DNA of 63,513 nucleotides, counting the filler, from Octopus bimaculoides (Eukaryota), in assembly GCF_001194135.2 (NCBI RefSeq). It is 6 parts of 5 records of this genome, joined end to end, with 100 filler letters (N's around TTAATTAATTAA, not from the genome) between each part and the next. Parts side by side here need not be neighbours in the genome. Positions count along the whole stretch, not along the records: positions 34,589 to 47,317 come from NC_068993.1; 5 more parts are not named here. One strand, given 5' to 3'. The number at the start of each line of letters is the position of its first letter. Position 1 is the stretch's first letter. This document shows, one piece after another, positions 35,456-47,417 of this stretch. The notes under the pieces were generated by a model. It had not been told where the DNA came from. It saw only the letters and a list, made by a program, of their open reading frames with translations, and made no database searches. Position numbers and translations under genes: made by a program.

Positions 35456-36607
35456 NNNNNNNNNNNNNNNNNNNNNNNNNNNNNNNNNNNNNNNNNNNNN
35501 NNNNNNNNNNNNNNNNNNNNNNNNNNNNNNNNNNNNNNNNNNNNNNNNNNNNNNNNNNNNNNNNNNNNNNNNNNNNNNNNNNNNNNNNNNNNNNNNNNNN
35601 NNNNNNNNNNNNNNNNNNNNNNNNNNNNNNNNNNNNNNNNNNNNNNNNNNNNNNNNNNNNNNNNNNNNNNNNNNNNNNNNNNNNNNNNNNNNNNNNNNNN
35701 NNNNNNNNNNTATATATATATATATATATATATATATTCGTAAATATACATACACACACATATGTGTATGTGCGTGTTTGTGTCTATGGATGACTTCATG
35801 AAACAAAGTCTAACGAAATGATATGTGCATTTCCTATTATATAAGTTGGCACAAATTTGTCTCATGGGGTTGGGCAGGGGTGAGGCTGCTCATGTGTTGT
35901 CAGTATTTATCTCTTTCAACATATATCGGATATTTACCTGCAAGTCTCTACCAACTTTTATGCGATAATTCAACAGTCCTTTCCATGCTGCTGATGTTGG
36001 TATGTGATAGATCTCTTATAGGACATCTTAATACCAATCATCTCTTTTTAGCTTGGAAGTGTATAATTTCTATTCTGAATTTTCAATTATCATTCTAACC
36101 TTTACCGTTTAAGTTCAGTCTTTTCTATTTAATCATATTTTAATATATATTGTATTCTGCGGCTAACTACCTGTCTTGTCAATTACTTCTGACGCTGATA
36201 TCAATTCTTATATCTCCATTTTCAAAGCGATACGAAAGTCCATCTGAAACTACTTAAACTATCACTCCTTTCCTTTTACTAACACTTTTTCAGCGCCGCC
36301 CCACCTCTTGCTACGACTCTAGGATACCTCCTCTTCATTTTTAATCTACATACACCTAATATCAAGCCAGACTGATTTAATTCCAAACACTAGTTTGACG
36401 TGGGCGACCACTTACCTCTACGCCACAATTCTATTTATAAGCGAATCTTTGGAACATCACTGCTTGACCCAACTTGGTTTCAGCCAAATTTCAGATACGT
36501 ATTCTTCTCAATATATGTGAGTGTATATGTGTGTGTGTGTGTATACGTGTATGTATGTATGTATGTATGTATGTATGTATGTACGCGTATATGTGTGTGC
36601 GCACGCT

Positions 36608-36650
<43 letters not shown>

Positions 36651-37119
36651 GTGTGTGTGTGACCGTGTGCATATATGTATGATATTCTTTTACTTTCTAA
36701 AGAGTTCTTATACCATACTTTCAAATGGAATCATTATCATTGGTAATCAATGTTTAGTTTCGCAACCTTGATTTTCTGGTTCGATAAAATAAAGTACCAA
36801 GTTTAAATACTTGGTTCGAAGTAATCGACTAACCCCTGTCCCTATAACTATTGCTGTCTTTGTGCCAAAATTAGAAAGAATTTGTATTATTGCTATTGTT
36901 GTTGTTGTTAAGCATTGTTAGTATTCCTCAAAGTGCACGGACCCAATCATCAAATAAAATGTGCTTTGTTTTATGAATAGAACATATCTTGCAATGAATA
37001 TTCTTATAAGTACTATCTCTGGCGGCTATATTCATATGTAGCGTCCGTAAATACTGAGGCATCCGTCTTCTACATGTTTCATTCATTAGACTGCAACCAT
37101 GATGAATCATCGTCTTGAA

Positions 37120-38788
37120 TGGTTTAGTCGAACAAGCTATGTTGTCCTTTTGTCGATGTTACGTTACGGGGAGGTTAAACAAACCAGCAGGGTTGTCAAA
37201 CGGTGGAGGGTGGACAAACACAAACGTAACGACAGACAGACACACACACACACATACACACTACTCACACACACGCATATATATTTATGTCGTTTGTGCG
37301 TGCTTGAATGAGTGTGTATATATTTGACGAGCTTCTTTCAGTTTCCATCAACTACATCCACTCAAAAAGATTTGGTCGGCCGGAGCTAGAGTGAAAGACA
37401 TCTGCCGAAAGAGCCACACTGTGAGATTGAACCCAGAACCATGTGGTTGGAAAGCGTACTTCTTATCACACAGCCAGGCCTGTGCCTATGCTAACAAACG
37501 ACTTACATTCTAATTTTTATTTTATTTTTTCTAAATTAATCTTTTCCACGGTAAAGTTTTTTGTTTGTTTGTTTTTATTTTTCTCTTCTTTTCTTCTCCC
37601 CGATATATTAGTAATTGATTTTTTTTACAACCATACATCCTACCTGACAGCCATTTTTAAATTTTTATTTTGCTCTCTTGGTGAGATGTTATTACATTCC
37701 AGATGAGTAGCCACCGTGTTATAGAGTACAAATATAAGGACTTTCTCATGCTGCTAGCAAAAAAGCTTTTGGTCTTTTTTTCTTTCCGGTGGATCTCTAG
37801 TATTATTTTTTTCTTTCTTTTCTTTCATAATCAGTATTATACTATTTTCCCCTCTATTTACTATTTAGCAGTTTATTCTGGTATACTTAGTAATTCATTG
37901 AGTTCTTTAGCAGTCTCATAAATACTGATTAGTTATTTCAACCAGAAAATTGTTGCGGAGTTTCGTAATTCCGGAAGTTTTCTAGTTTACTGCAGATTTT
38001 ATCGTGAATGCCTCACTAGTTACGTAGGGTCTTGCTTGCAGTGTTATTGCATTCTTCAGTTCCTTCTCATATATTACGATCTTTGAATGGATAGAATGTG
38101 TTTGTTTGTTGTTGTTGTTGTTGCTAAGGCGGCAAGTTGGCAGAGTCGATAGCATTTCGTCCGTGCTTGCGTTCTGAGTTGAAACACCGCCGAGTTCGAC
38201 TTTGCTTTTCATCCTTTCGGGGTCGATAAATTAAGTACCAGTTGCATACTGGATCGATTTGTCGACTGCCCCCTCCCCCCACTACCCAAAAATGTTGAGT
38301 CTTGTGCCTAGAGTAGAAAAGATTATTATTATTATTATTATTATTATTATAATTATTATTATTATTATTATCATTGCTGTTAAGGCGGTGTGCTGGCACA
38401 ATCGTTAGCACGCCGGGCGAAGTGCTTAGCGGTATTTTGTTTGCCGCTAAGTTATGAGTTCAAATTCCGCAGATGTCGATTTTGCCTTTAATACTTTCGA
38501 AGTCAATAAATTAAGTACCAGTGAAACACTGGGGTCGCTGTAATCGACTAGTCCCCTCCCCAAAAGTTCAAGGCCTTGTACCTTCAATAGAAAGGTTTAT
38601 TATTATTATTATTATTATTATTGTTAACCTGGTTTCAGGTTCAGTTCCACTTAGCCATATCTTAGGCAAGTGCTTTCTGCTATAACCCTCGGCTGACCAA
38701 TATTTGGTGGAGAGAACTTGTGTTGTATAGATGCCCGTCGTATATGTGTGTGAGTGTTTCTATATGTATGTGCGTGCCGAAAAACTAC

Positions 38789-38828
<40 letters not shown>

Positions 38829-39480
38829 TATGTATGTATGTTTCTTTGTGTGTATGTAAGTACGTTTGTATGTATATGTGTATGTATGTGTCTGTATGCC
38901 TTTGTGTTGGTTTAGTAACACCCCTGTAACTTAGGGGCTCTGTGTAAGGTCCGACAGAATACTACCAGACTACTGACATCAAATTCTTCGACTAAACACT
39001 TCAAGACAGTACCCCAAAATGGCCGCAGTCTAATAACTAAAACAAGTTAAGATGAGAGATACGACTATTAATAATGGTGGTCAGTGCAACGGCAGTATCG
39101 TGAGAATGCAGGACATTTGTTAAAAAACACATATATATTCTGAGTTCAAATCCCGCCGGGTCTGCAGTAGCTTTTCATATTAGGGCTCGATAAGATGAAT
39201 ACCAGGTATATACTGGATTGATATGATTAAGGGTTCTTTCCCTAAAGCCTTTTAGACATTATAACTAAAGTCACGTATCTAACACGTAAAGGCCTTGCTA
39301 TTGGCTGCAAATTTTGGCACAAGTCCAGCAAAATGGGGATGAAGGGTAAAGTCGGTTACATCGACCCAGTTTTCAACTGGTGCTTATTTTATCGACTCCG
39401 AAAAGATGGAAGGTAAAGTCGACAGAACCCGTAACCATATGGTTGAGAAGCAAGCTTCTTACCACACAGTCACTCCTGCG
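37120..39480. mobile_element. Cluster of SINEs: family 1 minus ~37120-37480; family 2 plus ~38125-38330 and ~38380-38600; degenerate family 1 plus ~38620-39060; fragments to 39480
   Basis: Recurring family motifs (AAGGCGG...CTGGCA.AATCG, GAGTTCAAATTCC, GGGGTCGATAAATTAAGTACCAG, TTGGGCAAGTG) separated by (ATT)n and (TA)n. Confidence 0.75.
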
Positions 39481-39554
<74 letters not shown>

Positions 39555-39556
39555 TG

Positions 39557-39590
<34 letters not shown>

Positions 39591-40690
39591 TGTGTGTGTG
39601 TGCATATATAATATATATAATATATATATATAGGTATATGAATATATATAATATATATANNNNNNNNNNNNNNNNNNNNNNNNNNNNNNNNNNNNNNNNN
39701 NNNNNNNNNNNNNNNNNNNNNNNNNNNNNNNNNNNNNNNNNNNNNNNNNNNNNNNNNNNNNNNNNNNNNNNNNNNNNNNNNNNNNNNNNNNNNNNNNNNN
39801 NNNNNNNNNNNNNNNNNNNNNNNNNNNNNNNNNNNNNNNNNNNNNNNNNNNNNNNNNNNNNNNNNNNNNNNNNNNNNNNNNNNNNNNNNNNNNNNNNNNN
39901 NNNNNNNNNNNNNNNNNNNNNNNNNNNNNNNNNNNNNNNNNNNNNNNNNNNNNNNNNNNNNNNNNNNNNNNNNNNNNNNNNNNNNNNNNNNNNNNNNNNN
40001 NNNNNNNNNNNNNNNNNNNNNNNNNNNNNNNNNNNNNNNNNNNNNNNNNNNNNNNNNNNNNNNNNNNNNNNNNNNNNNNNNNNNNNNNNNNNNNNNNNNN
40101 NNNNNNNNNNNNNNNNNNNNNNNNNNNNNNNNNNNNNNNNNNNNNNNNNNNNNNNNNNNNNNNNNNNNNNNNNNNNNNNNNNNNNNNNNNNNNNNNNNNN
40201 NNNNNNNNNNNNNNNNNNNNATATATATATATATATATATATAATTCGTTGGAAACAGCTGTAATGTATTGTCACTTATCTATCGTTTGTTATTTATTTA
40301 TTTATTTATTTATTCATTTATGATTCACCTTTCTCAGAACCTATTCCTCGCGTGTTCCGAAGTATATTATGGATTTAAGATTTATAGACTTGAAGAGGTT
40401 AGTCGGCAAGACTATAAATCTTAAATACAGCCTTCCCACATATATAAATCTGTATATCTATACAATGTGTAAATATGTATATTTAATACAATGTGCGTTT
40501 CTGAATTAGCCTAAGGGCTGATAACTCAGCTAGCTTCAGTTAATTGTACACATAACCTGAATATCTTTTTACTTGTAATTCCGTGTCAATGTTTGTATTC
40601 ATCTATAGTTGGTGTGTAAGCATTTTAATTGTGACCCGACCCGGTGCCTCATTATTCAAGCACCTGAATCTTTATGTGTGTGTGTGTGTA

Positions 40691-40730
<40 letters not shown>

Positions 40731-40773
40731 TCTGTATAACATATATGTATGTATCTCTGTCTCTCTATTTGTC

Positions 40774-40824
<51 letters not shown>

Positions 40825-41072
40825 GGGTTAGAGACAGCTCTTCTCTATATAGAGTACACTACGAAATGCTCAAGAGATTTGAACTTGAGAAGGTAGAGGT
40901 GTAAATGTAAAGCCACACAAGTTAGGCAAGTCAATTTATACAGAATATTAAATACATTTAATGCAAAACAATGTACATGTGTATGGATATAAAACAGTCC
41001 GACTTACACAGAATATAAATGATACGAGGAGTTAAATTGGTTGATTAATGATGTCATGAAATATAAACTTAC

Positions 41073-41341
41073 TTGTGGCTGGCGCCTTATAAGAATTGCA
41101 GTTTTTGGTTGGGCGAAGTTTCATGTAGATGTCGCAATTGTTAGTTGACCAGAGGCAACAATGATAGTAAGGAATCACATCCCAGACCCAATGAGATAGC
41201 TGTGGTACGTGGTTTACTTTTGCGTAAGGATAGGCACCAATAGCTGCAGCTTTGTCTGGAGTACTGCCATGATAGGAATCTTTGCTGTAAATTAGACTCC
41301 CATCTTTACGATAGCAGCATTGGTTCCCGGCAGCTCTCACC
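41073..41341 (-). CDS. Exon of an AMOP-domain protein (SUSD2/Mesh-like): second half of the AMOP domain
   Basis: Acceptor ttttattacag|G and donor A|gtaagt. The exon is 269 bp, phase 2 in and phase 1 out. It encodes VRAAGNQCCYRKDGSLIYSKDSYHGSTPDKA...LSHWVWDVIPYYHCCLWSTNNCDIYMKLRPTKNCNSYKAPAT, matching the AMOP pattern GQQCCY...G.L......G.TP.........SH...D.IP...CC.WS..C..Y...RP...C..Y.PP. Confidence 0.9.
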
Positions 41342-41396
41342 CTGTAATAAAAATATTGGGTTAACAACATGTATGTATGTATGTACGTATGCTTGA

Positions 41397-41461
<65 letters not shown>

Positions 41462-41490
41462 TATACATATATGTATACATACATCTATAT

Positions 41491-41541
<51 letters not shown>

Positions 41542-42061
41542 NNNNNNNNNNNNNNNNNNNNNNNNNNNNNNNNNNNNNNNNNNNNNNNNNNNNNNNNNNN
41601 NNNNNNNNNNNNNNNNNNNNNNNNNNNNNNNNNNNNNNNNNNNNNNNNNNNNNNNNNNNNNNNNNNNNNNNNNNNNNNNNNNNNNNNNNNNNNNNNNNNN
41701 NNNNNNNNNNNNNNNNNNNNNNNNNNNNNNNNNNNNNNNNNNNNNNNNNNNNNNNNNNNNNNNNNNNNNNNNNNNNNNNNNNNNNNNNNNNNNNNNNNNN
41801 NNNNNNNNNNNNNNNNNNNNNNNNNNNNNNNNNNNNNNNNNNNNNNNNNNNNNNNNNNNNNNNNNNNNNNNNNNNNNNNNNNNNNNNNNNNNNNNNNNNN
41901 NNNNNNNNNNNNNNNNNNNNNNNNNNNNNNNNNNNNNNNNNNNNNNNNNNNNNNNNNNNNNNNNNNNNNNNNNNNNNNNNNNNNNNNNNNNNNNNNNNNN
42001 NNNNNNNNNNNNNNNNNNNNNNNNNNNNNNNNNNNNNNNNATATATATATATATATATACA

Positions 42062-42582
42062 TCTTCAAGCATACAAACTTGAAATGGATCCAAAGGCAAT
42101 AGATACCCTCGCTTCGGATCGAGCTGGATAGCGAACAAAAGGGTAGAGTGGTCTGAAAGCTTTTGAGGAGGCCAGGATGACACATGCAAGACTCAAGAGA
42201 GATTTTAAGAAAAATGTTGTGATCGAGATGAATCTCGGTGACCTTTCTGTGGGACAAACCATGCCTTTCTTTTGCTAGGATCAAATCTCAGTTGCGGACC
42301 CATGGAAAACAAACCTCCACCAACAATTCTGGCTATATATATGTGCACACCTTTGAATGCTGTGTATGTCATAGGGTCTGAAAATCTAACGGAGGCCTCA
42401 AAAGACATTTTAAGATCCACAAATATCAGAACTTAACTGCAGCTCTTGGTGGTCCAAATCAGGTATGTGGGTGTCCTTTCAATTCAATGTCTGGTTTTAA
42501 AAGCCACATAAGAAGTCATGGTGGATCTAAGGCGTAAATGCAAAAGATAGTCAGTCTCTGCATGAAGAGTATACAACCACCT
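42062..42582 (+). mobile_element. RTE-clade LINE 3' end with three C2H2-type zinc fingers (intronic, antisense to the gene)
   Basis: IDTLASDRAG*R...GLKAFEEARM..., then in one frame KPCLSFARIKSQLRTH, FECCVCHRV*KSNGGLKRHFKIH and VCGCPFNSMSGFKSHIRSH*. The tail is ACAACCACC. Confidence 0.7.
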
Positions 42583-43459
42583 GCAATGTGATGCGTACGA
42601 CTTCACTCGACACACACAAGCGTGCATTGAAGCATATGCACACAAGCGTGCGTTGAAGCATATGCACTTACAAACATGCTTAGATGCACTCAAATACACG
42701 CACACATCCATACAACACACACACACACACAGCCCTACTTGCATACGCACATACACAACGATATATATAAATTGTAACACAGTTTGACACTATCACCGTT
42801 TCCTGGATCCAGAAGTTCTTTTAATGCCGCCAAAACTATTGCAAGCCCTGTAGTTCCAATTTCTATATAATTTCTTCCCTCCCTTCTACTAAGTTTGAAG
42901 ATTCTGAGAAGGGCGCTCGGCCATTCTCAGGACCTCCAATACACGAACCAATGAAATAGCTTCTAATAGCCTTCTGTCTACTAAAAGTAACCGTCAAACA
43001 AATAACAACTTAGTCGAAATAGCAACCAAGTTTCATTTAGAAATGAACCTGTTTTGTGTTATTTTTCTGAGTTCACAGGGTTTAGGGAAAAGACGAAAAG
43101 ACTTGATGATCATGGTTTGGAACGTCTTGAACAAAGGCCTCGAAATTTGGTAACTATTTCGAGCAAGTTCATATTTGTTTGACTGCTACTTCTAGCAAAT
43201 CAAAAGACTTCGCAGAGTCTCTCTCGCTCGTTCATGCGTTTTCTTAGTGGTTTACTTAGATGAAGGAAAGATTAGGCTAACTTGAGTCAAAGCAACAACA
43301 TCAAACGTTTATATACATCATGCTTGTTATCCTTAGAATATTTTCTTTTGACAGATTTTTTGCACCAAGTCAATCCTGAGTGAGCAGACAGACCTATGAT
43401 TGAATGTATTCCAACCATGACCACCCTGTCATTCTGAGAAGTACTAATCTCTCTCTCCT

Positions 43460-43521
<62 letters not shown>

Positions 43522-43546
43522 AAAATATGAGTCTATGTATATTTTT

Positions 43547-43619
43547 ATTAATATTTAGCAGATACAACAGAGTGACTCTCGGACCTTGAGTCACTCTGTT
43601 GCCTCTACTAAATATTAAT
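43547..43619 (-). ncRNA. Pre-miRNA-like hairpin (32-nt arms, 9-nt loop), intronic
   Basis: Minus strand: ATTAATATTTAGTAGAGGCAACAGAGTGACTC-AAGGTCCGA-GAGTCACTCTGTTGTATCTGCTAAATATTAAT. 31 of 32 positions pair, including two G-U wobbles. Confidence 0.45.
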
Positions 43620-44240
43620 GTATATATATATAAGAATTACTCTATAAGATGTCTCTTTCGTATTTGTGGACATAAGGATGTAATTTAAAGGAAATTTGTG
43701 GCCTTTCTTTTGCAGGCCAAAGGACCAAATTTCCTCATCAATTAGCAACGACAATTTATCGCATTTTTAAAAAGATTATATTTAGTTCCGTATTGCAAGG
43801 AGTATATGTATGGAACTTTTAATGCCATAGAGATGAGCTAGATACATAAATTCACTCGAATTAGTCTAATATATGTAACACGCGTCTAAATCTGATATAA
43901 TTCTTGATAAAAATATCAAGAATATAGCTCGCTGAATCTGCATAAATACCCGTTTGAAGATAACAGCGGAATCATTCTCAGATGACAGTTTACTGTCTTG
44001 AGAATAATAAGATGCTTTAGGCAATTTGGTCTTGATGCACGATACTGTAGAAAAGCATGAATCCTGATGATTAAAAACTCATTGTTGACATATCTGCTTC
44101 ATCAGGGCAGATTTCGATTTCCTACGAGAATCATTTCTGATGACATTGTAAATTAATTAGCACAACTTCTCATTTCTCCTTCCCACATAAATTCAATGCC
44201 TTGTACTCAAATGTAGTAATCAGAAAATTGAATTACTTAC

Positions 44241-44522
44241 GTTGGACAGGTTGATTTCAGGCAGTGAACTGCTTCTTCATGGAAACGACATTTAGAATTC
44301 GAAAATGAATTGCAACTGGGTTCGGTCAACCATCGGCCGAAGTCAGCTAACGCTTGGTCCAAGTTACATGGGCACGGAATCAAATGGTCAAGCCAGTCTT
44401 TGTTGTAATTTACATCTCTCTTCATCATTTCACATTTATTCGATGCCCAGTTTGCACCAATTTCTCGACGTAAAGTAGGAGCTATATACCATCCTAAGGG
44501 AATTATTTTAGAGTTTAAGAAC
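44241..44522 (-). CDS. Exon of the AMOP-domain protein: first half of the AMOP domain
   Basis: Acceptor atattctag|G and donor AC|gtaagt. The exon is 282 bp, phase 2 to phase 2. It encodes FLNSKIIPLGWYIAPTLRREIGANWASNKCEMM...DWLDHLIPCPCNLDQALADFGRWLTEPSCNSFSNSKCRFHEEAVHCLKSTCPT (AMOP CPCT..QA..D.GR...C......C..H..A.HC). Confidence 0.9.
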
Positions 44523-44788
44523 CTAGAATATATTTTAAAAAAAGTAAAACAAGATAAATAAAATAAAAGATGTTATGCAAACAATAATTGTTTAAGCACA
44601 GTCGAGAAACATTATATGTATATTCAAATTACGGTAGTAAACAAAACAAAAAAGAAGTTTGCATTTAGAAGCGTTGAGATGTCTTAGAAAGTTAAAGAAG
44701 TGATTTCAAATTCTCAAACGCAGGATAATGCTAATAATATAGCCTGAACAGGATAAATTACCCCTATTTTGCAGAAAAAAGTGTAGGC

Positions 44789-44863
44789 GGCCAGCTATGA
44801 GACTCGAACTCACACCTCCGGGATTACGCGTCGCGGTGCTCTAACCGATTAAGCTAAACTACC
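44789..44863 (-). tRNA. tRNA-like sequence (Thr-CGT-like anticodon loop), probably a pseudo-tRNA or non-canonical Pol III gene
   Basis: GGTAGTT TA GCTT AATCGGTTA GAGC A CCGCGA CGCGTAA TCCCGG AGGT GTGAG TTCGAGT CTCAT AGCTGGC C. The D and T arms pair. The acceptor stem has one mismatch, the anticodon arm is 6 bp with one mismatch, and G replaces U33. A T6 run follows about 8 nt downstream. Confidence 0.55.
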
Positions 44864-44936
44864 CACCACAAAGAGAGAAGATTAAGAGAGAGAGAGAGGG
44901 AGAGAGAGAAAGAGAGAGAGAGAGGGAGAGAGAGAA

Positions 44937-44971
<35 letters not shown>

Positions 44972-44988
44972 AAGAGAGATATTGAGAA

Positions 44989-45088
<100 letters not shown>

Positions 45089-45753
45089 GGATAGATAGTA
45101 ATTCTTTCTGCACGTATTTGGGCAATATCTCTTTTACTAATATTTTCTTATTAAGCCTTGCTATTTTCAAGGGAATCAGAAATTTTAAACAGGGTACCAT
45201 AAGAAAAAAAAATTACATAAATGATTTTATTTCCTTGGAACATGATTCCCATTCGTCGAGTGAATCGTGAAAATTTCATTTCTTTATTTATTTAATTTTT
45301 TTTCAAATGTTTTGCTTTTCACAAATGAAGTTCTGAGAGAGTCATAGAAAGCACAACTTCTCCGTAGTCTTCTGCCGTTGTTGCTAGTGAGTAAACCCAA
45401 GTCTATTGTCAGTGTAAGTGTATAAATAATGTGATACTTTTTTTCCTTGTAAGTGGGAGTGAATGGCTAGAAAGTGCAGCGTTGATTGCAGAGAGAAGCA
45501 CAAATTCAATGCTTATTAAATCCAAGAAACAGACTTATAGAGTGTGTTACACGAAGGATTTGTTCGATGGTACAATATTTCGTAATATCAGGAAACAGAG
45601 AATAAATTGATAATGAGGGCTATTAAATCGATGATGTTATATTGCATTATTGAGTACTGAAATGCAAAAATATCTAATCATGTCTATTTCAAAGCAGTAA
45701 AAGAATTACGTAATCGATTAAAATGCTTATGCTTTTCGAATATGAAACCATCA

Positions 45754-45795
<42 letters not shown>

Positions 45796-45880
45796 NNNNN
45801 NNNNNNNNNNNNNNNNNNNNNNNNNNNNNNNNNNNNNNNNNNNNNNNNNNNNNNNNNNNNTGTGTGTGTGTGTGTGTGTG

Positions 45881-46248
45881 TTGTATTTAGGGATGGTCAT
45901 ATTGCCAGTTTAGCCAATAAAAACACACGCACTGTATATTTGGTGTTAATTTGCTTCAGCTTTATATTACATTACATTACATTAATCCTATTTCGGCCAG
46001 AGTTCTTTCGTCACACTTCTGTGACCTCATCAGTGGTCCTTTGGTATCTTCTTTCTTATGTGTGTCCCACCTTGCTAACTATCAGCCATTTTGTATTTTG
46101 TATTCCTATTGTATGTTTCTACGCATGCGTATCCCTCTATGTGTGTCTATGTTTTGTAAGTGCATGTGTGTGTATGGGGAGTGCCTGTATTATCTATATC
46201 CTCTGTTAACACATGGTTAAACTGGCAAATGACCATCCCCAAATACAA
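45881..46248 (-). mobile_element. ~370-bp non-coding element with ~35-bp terminal inverted repeats enclosing a hammerhead ribozyme
   Basis: TTGTATTTAGGGATGGTCATATTGCCAGTTTAGCCA (45881-45916) versus the reverse complement of 46214-46248 (2 mismatches, 1 indel). A related decayed copy lies at ~50690-50870. Confidence 0.7.
45995..46039 (-). ncRNA. Type I hammerhead ribozyme motif with intact CUGAUGA/GAAA core
   Basis: GGACCA-CTGATGA-G-GTCACA-GAAG-TGTGAC-GAAA-G-AA-CTC-TGGCC. Helix II is 6 bp with a tetraloop. The predicted CUC cut falls between 46000 and 45999. Confidence 0.75.
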
Positions 46249-46292
46249 TAACATCTGTTTCAACACACGATTTCACATCAAAAATTTTGCAA

Positions 46293-46346
<54 letters not shown>

Positions 46347-46439
46347 NNNNNNNNNNNNNNNNNNNNNNNNNNNNNNNNNNNNNNNNNNNNNNNNNNNNNN
46401 NNNNNNNNNNNNNNNNNNNNNNNNNNNNNNNNNNNNNNN

Positions 46440-46491
<52 letters not shown>

Positions 46492-46555
46492 TCTTATACG
46501 CTCATACCTAAGTGGTGCTTAGATCTACGCAAAATAAAATAACTTAATAACTTAC

Positions 46556-46719
46556 ACATGAGAGTTTGCCTTCGATATGTTTGTAAGCTCAACTTCTATG
46601 AAACCTATTTCATAATCGCAATCAGATCCTCTACAGGAATATTTGCTGGGATTAAACTCGAATTGCCTTTCGTACAACTTGTGGTCCTTCTTGATGGTCA
46701 CTAGCTTCTTGTATTGTGG
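46556..46719 (-). CDS. Upstream exon of the AMOP-domain protein
   Basis: Acceptor ttttttcatatttgtag|C and donor GT|gtaagt. The exon is 164 bp, phase 0 to phase 2, with an open frame PQYKKLVTIKKDHKLYERQFEFNPSKYSCRGSDCDYEIGFIEVELTNISKANSH(V). It joins in frame to the exon starting at 44522. Confidence 0.8.
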
Positions 46720-47019
46720 CTACAAATATGAAAAAAAAAACGATATTAAATTAAATGTTTTGATCAATGATTTTTTAATCATTTAAGACCACATCAAATT
46801 TCTGTGAGAGAATAAATTCTATGGCGTTCGTATTTTCTAAAAGACCTTAGCAACATTTGTCAAAAGAGTGTAAATACAGTAACGTTTCGATTTAATGAAC
46901 CAAGAGGGGTGGGAACTATTCCTTAATGCTAGAAGTTCGTTAATTCCTTTCGGCTTCAACAAAATAAGTACCAGTTAAGCACTAGATCGATGTAATTGAC
47001 TAGTCCCCTCCCTCGAAAA

Positions 47020-47068
<49 letters not shown>

Positions 47069-47317
47069 GTTCAGTAGTTTTATTTTTATAACGTGCTTTC
47101 ACTTCACTACCGAGCGCAGCTTTGTGCGCCTTGGGTATGTGCTATGGTTTGCTGTGGTGCTCTTATGGTTACTGTATTGAAAGTGTTTTGCGTAGGATGT
47201 GTGCTGTGCCTAGTAGTGCAATTTTCTGTATGTTATATATATTTGTAAGTCCTGGTGTTTTTGTTATGTATTTGTCTGAATATTTTTTTTTATTATACCT
47301 AAGGCACCTACTATGAT
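47020..47317 (-). mobile_element. R4/Dong-type (RLE) non-LTR retrotransposon 3' end with (TAA)n tail
   Basis: GALGIIKKKYSDKYITKTPGLTNIYNIQKIALLGTAHILRKTLSIQ*, then a short UTR and (AAT)n. Confidence 0.8.
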
Positions 47318-47417
47318 NNNNNNNNNNNNNNNNNNNNNNNNNNNNNNNNNNNNNNNNNNNNTTAATTAATTAANNNNNNNNNNNNNNNNNNNNNNNNNNN
47401 NNNNNNNNNNNNNNNNN

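Noticed and set aside
42205-42420. Minus-strand ORF MDLKMSFEAS... as an extra exon of the AMOP gene
   Set aside because: It is the antisense of an RTE zinc-finger tail. The flanking AMOP exons already join in frame without it.
44060-44145. CTGATGA/TCATCAG motifs near the AMOP exon as a ribozyme
   Set aside because: There is no correctly spaced helix II followed by GAAA on either strand, only a small local hairpin.
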